Notes under the pieces: model-generated | Database searches by the model: none | What the model saw: the letters and a program-made list of their open reading frames with translations, nothing else | Told to the model about the DNA's origin: nothing | DNA from: Shigella phage SFP17 | DNA: 51,296 nucleotides | Strand: one strand, 5' to 3' | Sequence record: MN432485 | Part shown: piece after piece, positions 1-7,173 of the stretch | Layout: each line of letters begins with the position of its first letter | Position numbering within the stretch: position 1 is the stretch's first letter | Position numbers and translations under genes: made by a program

Positions 1-387
1 ATGAAAGTTATCTGCAATAAAACCAACGTTTTGATGAACGGTCGTTATAAAGCTGTATACGAAAAAATTGCTGGTAGCGATGATGTGATCGAGTTGGAAC
101 AATTCCAGGTAAAGAGCATTACAAAGGGTAGCAAGTGGCAAAACGCTGTTGAATCTGACTATCGTCATATCAAGACAAAAACAATTAAATGCACCTTTGT
201 AGATCACAAGATCCCGTGTAAAAAGCATTTCAAAGAAGGAAAGCGCTACCAGATTGAGCAAGGCCGCGCGCTTGGTGCTGTTGCTGGTTATGTTTTTGAT
301 GAATCTGGCGACCGCTGGACGCTATACCGCGAAGAAGTGGGATTTTCAGCTGGTGGCTGTCATTTGTTTGAGGCCATGTATAAGTGA
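1..387 (+). CDS. hypothetical protein (128 aa)
   Basis: ATG at position 1; its RBS (AAAGGAGA) and motif promoter lie at the window end (51220-51290), so the genome representation is permuted; no recognisable motifs. Confidence 0.55.
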   Translation: MKVICNKTNVLMNGRYKAVYEKIAGSDDVIELEQFQVKSITKGSKWQNAVESDYRHIKTKTIKCTFVDHKIPCKKHFKEGKRYQIEQGRALGAVAGYVFDESGDRWTLYREEVGFSAGGCHLFEAMYK

Positions 388-605
388 TCAAGGCTGAATA
401 TCGCTATAAGGTGACTCATTCGGCAACAAAAACCTTTAAGCCTGGCGATATAGTCAGGCCAATAAAGAAAACGATGGTTGGGTGGCTGATTGGTCTTTCT
501 TACCACAAATCACTTTATTTTGATTTTGCTGATTCCGTAACCGCGCATTGCTATAGCGCAAGGGAACCAGAAAAAATCTTAGTTAGCATAGAGCGGATCA
601 AATAG
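384..605 (+). CDS. hypothetical protein (73 aa)
   Basis: GTG start overlapping upstream stop (GTGA); weak GAGG upstream; no ATG alternative near. Confidence 0.35.
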   Translation: MIKAEYRYKVTHSATKTFKPGDIVRPIKKTMVGWLIGLSYHKSLYFDFADSVTAHCYSAREPEKILVSIERIK

Positions 606-645
606 CATTTTTTGTTAAATGCGGGTAGCATTGGTGCGGTATTAT
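601..645 (+). promoter_or_regulatory. conserved-motif promoter (AATAGCATTTTTTGTTAAAT + 22 nt + TATTAT)
   Basis: Member of 16-copy motif family at fixed spacing to a -10-like hexamer; upstream of 674-2257. Confidence 0.5.
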
Positions 646-673
646 TGCCGCATCAAAAAAGGAGTTATCATCA

Positions 674-2257
674 ATGAATTTTTCGTTTGAAACCAATAAA
701 CTAACACCAAAACAAATTATCGAATTAGCTGATGCACAAGGATTGTCTCCGGTGCGCGTGTCCATTCAGGCAAACGGATACCGTCAATCGTCCAGCTTTT
801 GGGGTGAGGTTAATGATGTTAATAACGGAAACGATCGCTACCCTATAATTTCTCTTGGCAATGATGTTGATGTTGTTGGTAAGTTGGCGCGCAACATTGC
901 TCGATCAGTTCAGTTCCCTGAATCATCGGCATATATGCATTTTATCGGCTGCGTGTCTGCTGCAATGCTTGGACGCTTCACTGTTGAGTATCACGGAACG
1001 GATCAACCAACCGCTCTGTACGTTGTTACAAGCCAGCCTCCTTCAACTGGTAAATCTGCCGTTAACAGCCTGGCACTTGCTCCTATGGTTGCTGAAGTGG
1101 AAAGAATTAATGATCAGCGAAAGAAGGAGCGAAAAAAGATACAAGCTAAGCTGGCAGGTCTTGCAAAAGAGATGAAAAGCGAGCGCTCCGGCGCTGACAT
1201 GGAATCTCTGTACCAGGAGAAAGAAGATCTGGAAGAAAAACTGGAAAAGATGTGTGACATCGTTTTCCCTGTGTCCGACACAACGCCGGAAGGACTTGCA
1301 AGAATCAACAATCGCCAGGGTAACTTTGCTGTGATTTCAGACGAGGCAACAAGTATTAACAGCCTTTTAGGTCTGACATATGCCAATAGCGAACGTAAAA
1401 CCAACAGCGAACTTGTGCTAAAAGCATGGGATCATGGTCATGTTTCTATAGCTCGTGCAAACGCTGACAACAATATGAGTTTTAAAGCTCTTGGCTGTAT
1501 GGCGGTAATTGCCCAGGATGAAACAATCAATGCCATCATGGATGCAGGATCGCGCGGTATCGGTGTAAGTGAGCGTTATTTGCTTGTGCGTGAGGAATCA
1601 TTTTTAGGTCGTCGAAAGTTTGTTGATGATAACGGTGATTCTACTTATGAACCTGTTGATGGAGAACTGAAAAGCCAATATTTCAAGCTGATCCATAACA
1701 TCATGAGTGAATCGAACATCCAGCTTAAGATCAGCAAATCAGCAATGAGAGTTCTTAACATGGCTCGTCAGGAGATGGAACCGCACCTTGCCGATGGCGG
1801 AAAGTATTCGCATACAATGCTGCGCGGTGCGCTTGGCAAAATGGATAAGCAGGTGATCAGGATTGCTTCGGTTTTGCACACTATCCGCAATTGGTTTAAT
1901 CCTGGCGGATACCCTCAAAAGTCGAAAGAGATTGAGGTTGAAACCGTTCAGGAAGCACTGCTGATGTTTAGCGAGTTGAGCAAAACATACATTAGCGCCG
2001 CCAACGCTTCTGGCTATGCTGGTGATGATGCTGAAATGGGTAAACTAATCGAGATTATCACTCGACACGGTAAGGCTAACAAGGGAATCTTGAATGTGCG
2101 CGCCATATATGAGGCTGCACGAAAAGTTAAGCCGTTTGTTGGTCAGGCTGGCGTAATGAAGCGTATGGAAACGCAACTGCTGCCGATGCTTGAAGAAAGA
2201 AATTATATTTGTGTGATTAATGGCGTTGTTTTCGTAAATCCAACATTGCTGGGGTAA
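674..2257 (+). CDS. P-loop NTPase of unknown function (527 aa)
   Basis: RBS AAAGGAG 7 nt upstream; Walker A-like SQPPSTGKS and Walker B-like FAVISDEAT in translation; motif promoter at 601-645. Confidence 0.75.
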   Translation: MNFSFETNKLTPKQIIELADAQGLSPVRVSIQANGYRQSSSFWGEVNDVNNGNDRYPIISLGNDVDVVGKLARNIARSVQFPESSAYMHFIGCVSAAMLGRFTVEYHGTDQPTALYVVTSQPPSTGKSAVNSLALAPMVAEVERINDQRKKERKKIQAKLAGLAKEMKSERSGADMESLYQEKEDLEEKLEKMCDIVFPVSDTTPEGLARINNRQGNFAVISDEATSINSLLGLTYANSERKTNSELVLKAWDHGHVSIARANADNNMSFKALGCMAVIAQDETINAIMDAGSRGIGVSERYLLVREESFLGRRKFVDDNGDSTYEPVDGELKSQYFKLIHNIMSESNIQLKISKSAMRVLNMARQEMEPHLADGGKYSHTMLRGALGKMDKQVIRIASVLHTIRNWFNPGGYPQKSKEIEVETVQEALLMFSELSKTYISAANASGYAGDDAEMGKLIEIITRHGKANKGILNVRAIYEAARKVKPFVGQAGVMKRMETQLLPMLEERNYICVINGVVFVNPTLLG

Positions 2258-2259
2258 TT

Positions 2260-2652
2260 ATGTTTCTTCTGGATCTGTATCGCTGGTGTGAGTCATTCGA
2301 ATGGTTTACACGTCAACATATCGCAAAATTTATATTTCAGCATAGAGAATGTGAGCGGCTCGCAAGGGCCGCAGGATTTACGCCGAGAATGTTTGCAACC
2401 GCCGTTTCAAAAGAGTTTTGCGCAAGAATGATGACCGCTGGTTATCTTGATGGAGTTGGTGGAAAGTTCTGGTGTAAGAAAGGGTCTGCAAATCGACCTT
2501 TCTCGTTTGAACTTTACAGTCTGGAAGGTATGCAAAACGAATGGGTAATGGATGTTTTAAGGATCGGAGAAATGAGCGATGAAGAATTGTTTACGTCAAA
2601 TGCTAATAGACAAAATATTGAAGTTCTGCGCCGTAAGTTCAATCTCACATGA
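2260..2652 (+). CDS. hypothetical protein (130 aa)
   Basis: ATG 2 nt after upstream stop; long ORF in operon context. Confidence 0.55.
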   Translation: MFLLDLYRWCESFEWFTRQHIAKFIFQHRECERLARAAGFTPRMFATAVSKEFCARMMTAGYLDGVGGKFWCKKGSANRPFSFELYSLEGMQNEWVMDVLRIGEMSDEELFTSNANRQNIEVLRRKFNLT

Positions 2653-2773
2653 CGATTTCATGCACGCAATGTTAACGCTCATTCATTCTGACATGCGAGC
2701 GTTTGATATATCAGAGCATAATTTGTGTGATGATGATGGCGTTTTATTGGTTACTGTAAAGCGTATTGAATAA
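2579..2773 (+). CDS. hypothetical protein (64 aa), overlaps upstream gene out of frame
   Basis: ATG with GGAGA 9 nt upstream; ends at terminator hairpin; overlap of 74 nt makes it uncertain. Confidence 0.35.
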   Translation: MKNCLRQMLIDKILKFCAVSSISHDDFMHAMLTLIHSDMRAFDISEHNLCDDDGVLLVTVKRIE

Positions 2774-2774
2774 C

Positions 2775-2802
2775 AAAGGAGGCGTTAAGCCTCCTTTTTG
2801 TT
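2775..2802 (+). terminator. intrinsic terminator (AAAGGAGG-loop-CCTCCTTT + T-run)
   Basis: 8-bp GC-containing stem followed by TTTTTGTTG; boundary between convergent blocks. Confidence 0.7.
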
Positions 2803-3183
2803 GCCTTTGCGGTAGGAAAAGTAAAGCATTGACAAAAGACCACTGAAAATTGCAGCGCAATAGATTATAGGATCGTACCACTTCCTTTGCTCACCCTGCA
2901 CAACCTGGATTTTATCAGCCTTGATGGTGTTTGCCTGAATGGTTGACGTAGTGAAATCCTTCTTGCTGGAAGTGTCCACCTTATCAACCGCAGATTCCTT
3001 TATTGTAGTTTCCTGTTTTGTGCTGGTGTCCTGCTTTGCGGTAACGCCAATGGTCTGCTTTACGTTCTCCGCTCCTGCCTGTGCTGTGATTTCCGGCTTA
3101 CTACCGATTAATCCGGTCAGTGGCGTAACGCTTGAACATCCAGACAAAATAACAGCGATCGCGATTACTGATAACTTTCGCAT
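2785..3183 (-). CDS. unimolecular spanin-like outer-membrane lipoprotein with C-terminal TMD
   Basis: N-terminal lipobox ILSGC, C-terminal hydrophobic helix, RBS AAGGA; immediately downstream of endolysin. Confidence 0.65.
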   Translation of the reverse strand: MRKLSVIAIAVILSGCSSVTPLTGLIGSKPEITAQAGAENVKQTIGVTAKQDTSTKQETTIKESAVDKVDTSSKKDFTTSTIQANTIKADKIQVVQGEQRKWYDPIIYCAAIFSGLLSMLYFSYRKGNKKEA

Positions 3184-3185
3184 AA

Positions 3186-3674
3186 TTACAGATCCTTAAT
3201 GCAATATTTAAATTCCACCGCGCGGCGGTTGCGCAGTCCTTTAGACGTTTCTTTCTTTCCTGTTTTTGGATTGGTGTATTTTGTCCATCGCCATAACTGA
3301 TCGCACGCTTCCATATAACGACCGTTATTAATCAGCTTAAGCATAGTTGAATTTCTAAAAGCACCAGTGCCAGCATTGTATGTGAATGAATACATCGCCG
3401 CGCGCATTGTATCAGGAATGTCAACCTTCACACGTTTATCAACTTCATCCTTTGCGATCTTGATATGCTTTGCCAGTAGAGCATCACACTCTCTCTGTGT
3501 GTACGTTTTACCTGGTATTACGTCAGGTCCAGTTATTCCGGCGCAAACCGTCCATATTCCAGCAATATCTTTGTACGGCTTATATTTTACTCCTTCTATT
3601 TCCTCCAGTAGCGGAGAAGTAAGGGCAAGAGCAACGCCAAAAGCCGCAGCGGTCACTCTTTGTTTTATACTCAT
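3186..3674 (-). CDS. SAR endolysin (T4-type lysozyme, GH24)
   Basis: Catalytic E-8aa-D-5aa-T triad ([16 protein letters not shown]); Gly/Ala-rich weakly hydrophobic N-terminus typical of signal-anchor-release domains; start overlaps holin stop. Confidence 0.85.
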   Translation of the reverse strand: MSIKQRVTAAAFGVALALTSPLLEEIEGVKYKPYKDIAGIWTVCAGITGPDVIPGKTYTQRECDALLAKHIKIAKDEVDKRVKVDIPDTMRAAMYSFTYNAGTGAFRNSTMLKLINNGRYMEACDQLWRWTKYTNPKTGKKETSKGLRNRRAVEFKYCIKDL

Positions 3675-3889
3675 TATTTACCTCTGATCTCAATAGCTTT
3701 CTTAATATCACCGCATTCAAGAGCGTCACGTAGCGCCTTACTATCACGCCAACGAAGATAAGCGCCCCACATACCAAATGCAGCCATCAAAACTAAGCTG
3801 GCTATTGCGATAGTTGTTTGACCAGTTACCGCGCCAGTGATTGACGCGCCGCCAGTACCGGAAGTTGCAGCGTTTAAAAAATCTTTCAT
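3674..3889 (-). CDS. holin (71 aa, single TMD; pinholin-like)
   Basis: One strongly hydrophobic segment followed by charged C-terminus; RBS AGGAGA; position directly upstream of endolysin. Confidence 0.7.
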   Translation of the reverse strand: MKDFLNAATSGTGGASITGAVTGQTTIAIASLVLMAAFGMWGAYLRWRDSKALRDALECGDIKKAIEIRGK

Positions 3890-3960
3890 GATTAGATCTC
3901 CTGTAGATAAAAGTCAACAATTAATTGTTTGTATCCTAACCATTGAACTCACAAAAAGGA

Positions 3961-3992
3961 ATAAAAAAAGGGCGAAGCAAAATGCCACGCCC
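3961..3992 (-). terminator. intrinsic terminator after phosphoesterase gene
   Basis: GGGCG...CGCCC stem followed on minus strand by a run of T. Confidence 0.6.
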
Positions 3993-4035
3993 AATTAAAT
4001 TGATGATTTATATTTATATTTTAATGATTAAAAGT

Positions 4036-5151
4036 TCAATCAGCCATTTCTGGATAATGCATAAATCGCCCCACTTCTCCGTATTCTTTATCGTAAACAA
4101 TAACAGCTGCGCGGCGACGAGAACGCCATCCACCGCGCGCAGCATATGCATCTTTTGCCGCCATAGTGCTATGCACTTCAACAATGCCCAGGCTTGTTTC
4201 AGTTACTGTCTGATGATGCCAGTGCCCTACGTGAGCATACATCATTTTTGAATTTCCGAAGTCTTCGCGCCAGTCTGCCGCGCACATCATTAGTAATGTT
4301 TCAGGCTTGCGTATAGTGTGCCCGTGATGATATGCCAGGAATGTTTTGCCATACTGTGTGTGATGAACTACTCGCGGAGAAACATCAACATGCACTCGCG
4401 GCTCATTCTCATATGCTGCCGCCATTGCTGCGCGCAACCAGATCATGCCGCTTTGGTCGTGGTTTCCTTCAATAATCTGAATCTCGACGTTTTTGTGTTT
4501 TGATAACAGCTTTGTGATTGCTCGACGCACTGACCGGATGGCAACATAAACAAGTTTTGCGTATCGACTATCTTGATCTAATACGTGACCGCTTGCAGGT
4601 GTCACCGCTTCCAGTCCGTCGCTGTGAAGCATATCACCACCAATCAGCAAAACAGCTTTTTCACTATCCGGCGCGCACTGGATGGAATAATCAATGAAAT
4701 TATTCATTACGCGCTCTGCTGTTGCTGTATCCCAATTCTCGCCGCATTCATGCTTATGCGCCATTGCGCCCAAGTGCATGTCAAAGATCGGATACAGTGA
4801 TAACGTCTCGCTATAATCCTTTTGTGATTCTGGCTGTGGATCAAGTCGAGGAACTTCTTCGCTAAATGCATCCATAGCGGCCTGCATTAATGCTTCTAAC
4901 TGTTCGCGGTCCTTACTTGTCTTAATCCATGTCATAACCACATTGCCATCTTTATCAATTAGCTTTGATTCTCCAGTAACACCAAAACCAGGTGATCCGA
5001 TGGTTGTAACTTTACCTTGCTTTGCTAATCGTGCCGCGCGTCGCTCAATGCTGCGAACGTTCATACCATACTCATTAGCGATCTGCTTATATGTCTTTCC
5101 CTGCTTGCGCTCATTGATAAATTGTTCATCTGTGATTTTGATTTGCTTCAT
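4036..5151 (-). CDS. calcineurin-like metallophosphoesterase with N-terminal HTH domain (371 aa)
   Basis: HTH-like TYKQIANEYGMNVRSIERRAARLAKQG; phosphoesterase motifs GDMLHSD, GNHD, GHWHH; RBS AAGGAGA; ATG at 5151 (track start 5154 is TTG). Confidence 0.8.
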   Translation of the reverse strand: MKQIKITDEQFINERKQGKTYKQIANEYGMNVRSIERRAARLAKQGKVTTIGSPGFGVTGESKLIDKDGNVVMTWIKTSKDREQLEALMQAAMDAFSEEVPRLDPQPESQKDYSETLSLYPIFDMHLGAMAHKHECGENWDTATAERVMNNFIDYSIQCAPDSEKAVLLIGGDMLHSDGLEAVTPASGHVLDQDSRYAKLVYVAIRSVRRAITKLLSKHKNVEIQIIEGNHDQSGMIWLRAAMAAAYENEPRVHVDVSPRVVHHTQYGKTFLAYHHGHTIRKPETLLMMCAADWREDFGNSKMMYAHVGHWHHQTVTETSLGIVEVHSTMAAKDAYAARGGWRSRRRAAVIVYDKEYGEVGRFMHYPEMAD

Positions 5152-5249
5152 CAAAAATTCTCCTTATCTCATTATAACAACGTATACAATAGAGATCGCC
5201 ATCATAACAGGTAAGGGCAAAAGTAACAAACGCCACATGATAATAATCC

Positions 5250-5492
5250 TCATTTGTAGTATTTGCGCGGCTCGCGAATTTTCGCCATAGCCTCTTTGAA
5301 ATCAATCTTTGTTGGTATTGCTGGTACGCGATGCATCTTGCGCGGTCGTTCATTGAGAAATGTCATTTTGTCGCCGCTGATAATGCTTATGTCAGCAATA
5401 TCAAAATATTTTGCTATCCTGGCTATGTCTTCAGAGATCCCGCACTCCTTTGCGTGATCCCATACGGCCTGCCTACCTTGTTCAACCTTCAT
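5250..5492 (-). CDS. hypothetical protein (80 aa)
   Basis: ATG at 5492 overlapping upstream stop (ATGA); track ORF extended to a TTG at 5513. Confidence 0.5.
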   Translation of the reverse strand: MKVEQGRQAVWDHAKECGISEDIARIAKYFDIADISIISGDKMTFLNERPRKMHRVPAIPTKIDFKEAMAKIREPRKYYK

Positions 5493-5661
5493 GCTTATAA
5501 TATGCCTCCGCAAATTCTAATGGGTAGTGACCATATGCAACGCGAAGTAGAATCATTGCCGCGCCCCAATCAAGCTGCATATTGTTTTTCGTTCCACCTT
5601 TTACCGCCTCGCGTGCGGTTTGTTGCGCCTGGTCAAATGCTTTCTTGCTGTATACTACCAT
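5482..5661 (-). CDS. hypothetical small protein (59 aa, below ORF-track cutoff)
   Basis: ATG with GAGGAA RBS 6 nt upstream; sits directly downstream of motif promoter 5694-5739. Confidence 0.4.
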   Translation of the reverse strand: MVVYSKKAFDQAQQTAREAVKGGTKNNMQLDWGAAMILLRVAYGHYPLEFAEAYYKHEG

Positions 5662-5693
5662 TTTTATTTCCTCATGTTTGTTTCGTTGAAATA

Positions 5694-5739
5694 ATTATGC
5701 CCGACACAAGGCCGGGCGTTTTAACAAAAAGTGCTATTT
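5694..5739 (-). promoter_or_regulatory. conserved-motif promoter (motif + 22 nt dyad spacer + CATAAT)
   Basis: AAATAGCACTTTTTGTTAAAAC then GCCCGG...CCGGGC then CATAAT; upstream of 5482-5661. Confidence 0.5.
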
Positions 5740-5973
5740 TGACGCGGATTCGTAAAACTCTTGCAAGTCTTTACCGATCTGCTCATGCCATTTTTCAAGC
5801 GGTAGTTTTCTTGTTTCCTCAAAACTCATATCAAGCGCGCTTGTAAACTCCCACGGATCACAACCTAATAGCGGTTTTATGAAATCGTTTTTATCAAGCG
5901 CCTCGCAAACCATAGCGCGAAATAACAACCATTCGCCAGTTTCATTTAAATAAACGCTTCTTTCTTTCTGCAT
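5734..5973 (-). CDS. hypothetical protein (79 aa)
   Basis: ATG at 5973 with GGAG RBS; begins 4 nt after Dam stop; track ORF extended to 6060. Confidence 0.5.
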   Translation of the reverse strand: MQKERSVYLNETGEWLLFRAMVCEALDKNDFIKPLLGCDPWEFTSALDMSFEETRKLPLEKWHEQIGKDLQEFYESASK

Positions 5974-5977
5974 GATA

Positions 5978-6679
5978 TTAACTCCGCTTTCTTGCCCGAC
6001 GCTCTGCCACTGACGGGCAAATGTCGCTGATTTTAACGTATCGAGTTTTCTGCTGCTCACCTTCTTTCAGTTCGCGCATGATGAAAATAACGCTGCCTTT
6101 GTTGTTTCCCTGCACTGGTTTACCTGTTAGCGCGGAAGTAAACGCCAGGCGTCCGGTGCGGGAATATTCTGTTCCATCCTCCTGGTAAACTTCGCCAGTG
6201 ATCCAGATTATTTCCGCTGCGCGCTGCTGCGCTTCATAAAACCATCCTGTTGATGTGTCGCAAGGTAACAGAATGTCGATCTGGTTGTTGTGCTCCATTT
6301 GCTCAATCGCCTTCTTAACAAATGGCGTAATATTGCTATACGGTGGATTAAGCCATATATGCTTATTACTACCCCACCAACGCTTTAAGCAATTTGTTTC
6401 CTTGCTGTAGAATTTTTCACATACAGCATTTTCTTTGCTTGCCGCCGCGTCGATGTCATAATCACCGTATTCGCTCTCCATCCATTCGACAAGCTCAGAC
6501 GGCGTAGACCACAAATCGCGCACAACGTCCGGCGTATTGCTTCCGTTATAGCGGTTGCCAGTCACTTTGAAATATTGATTTGGTTTAACAGCCTGGTAAT
6601 GACCACCAGTAGCAAGAGCATTGCCAATGAATGTTTCGCGTTCTATTTGTTCAAATGTCACTTCGGTTTCTTTGCTCAT
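5978..6679 (-). CDS. dam: DNA N6-adenine methyltransferase (Dam-like)
   Basis: NPPY catalytic motif (WLNPPYSN) in translation; RBS AGGT; motif promoter immediately upstream. Confidence 0.85.
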   Translation of the reverse strand: MSKETEVTFEQIERETFIGNALATGGHYQAVKPNQYFKVTGNRYNGSNTPDVVRDLWSTPSELVEWMESEYGDYDIDAAASKENAVCEKFYSKETNCLKRWWGSNKHIWLNPPYSNITPFVKKAIEQMEHNNQIDILLPCDTSTGWFYEAQQRAAEIIWITGEVYQEDGTEYSRTGRLAFTSALTGKPVQGNNKGSVIFIMRELKEGEQQKTRYVKISDICPSVAERRARKRS

Positions 6680-6713
6680 TTCTTAATTACCTGTTGCTTG
6701 TTGAACTGGTGTT

Positions 6714-6759
6714 ATTATGGCGCAATCCTTCGCGCCTGTTTTAACAAAAAGTGCTATTT
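6714..6759 (-). promoter_or_regulatory. conserved-motif promoter upstream of dam
   Basis: AAATAGCACTTTTTGTTAAAAC + 22 nt (GGCGCgaaggattGCGCC) + CATAAT. Confidence 0.5.
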
Positions 6760-7173
6760 CATCATGTATTCTACCGCGATCATGAATTGCTTATATCCGT
6801 ATGTTACGGCAGCGAATCCGCCAAGCTCACGCACACGGCGCAAGAAGTCTTTTTGCTCCTTGCTGACTGGTGAAGCCTTACCCTTGCCAGACTTATTGAC
6901 GCGTTTCATCTCAATAGCCGCGAATGGGTAACGGCCTTTTAATCCAATCAGGATGATAAAATCACTTACGCCCTTAACGAGTCCAGCTTGCTGATCCATC
7001 ATTGCGGTAGCGATACCCTTTTCTCCCTCATTTTTCGTATGCCAGGCAAGAAATTCAGGATGAGCATAAGTTAACCATTGAAACGCCCCAATCTGGTGTG
7101 ATTCCTCTTTTAGCGTATCCGTCGGATCTCTTTCGTAAAACTCCAGATAATCGCCTTTATCAGTCATTGCCAT
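6754..7173 (-). CDS. VRR-NUC-like PD-(D/E)xK nuclease (139 aa)
   Basis: GVSDFIILIG...AAIEMK pattern matches VRR-NUC core; ATG at 7173 with GAAGGA RBS, overlapping helicase stop. Confidence 0.65.
   Translation of the reverse strand: MAMTDKGDYLEFYERDPTDTLKEESHQIGAFQWLTYAHPEFLAWHTKNEGEKGIATAMMDQQAGLVKGVSDFIILIGLKGRYPFAAIEMKRVNKSGKGKASPVSKEQKDFLRRVRELGGFAAVTYGYKQFMIAVEYMMK

Noticed and set aside
855-1404. ORF-track entries 855-1175 (+) and 1114-1404 (-) nested in or antisense to the 527-aa ATPase gene
   Set aside because: Fully embedded in a longer, better-supported ORF; low-complexity Leu/Ser-rich translations; no RBS.
3943-4251. ORF 3943-4251 (+) spanning the terminator and the end of the phosphoesterase gene
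   Set aside because: Begins inside an intrinsic terminator and runs antisense to a well-supported gene; no RBS.
5126-5353. ORF 5126-5353 (-) overlapping the phosphoesterase upstream region
   Set aside because: Covers the TATAAT-containing region and RBS of the phosphoesterase gene and overlaps 5250-5492 out of frame; more likely non-coding.
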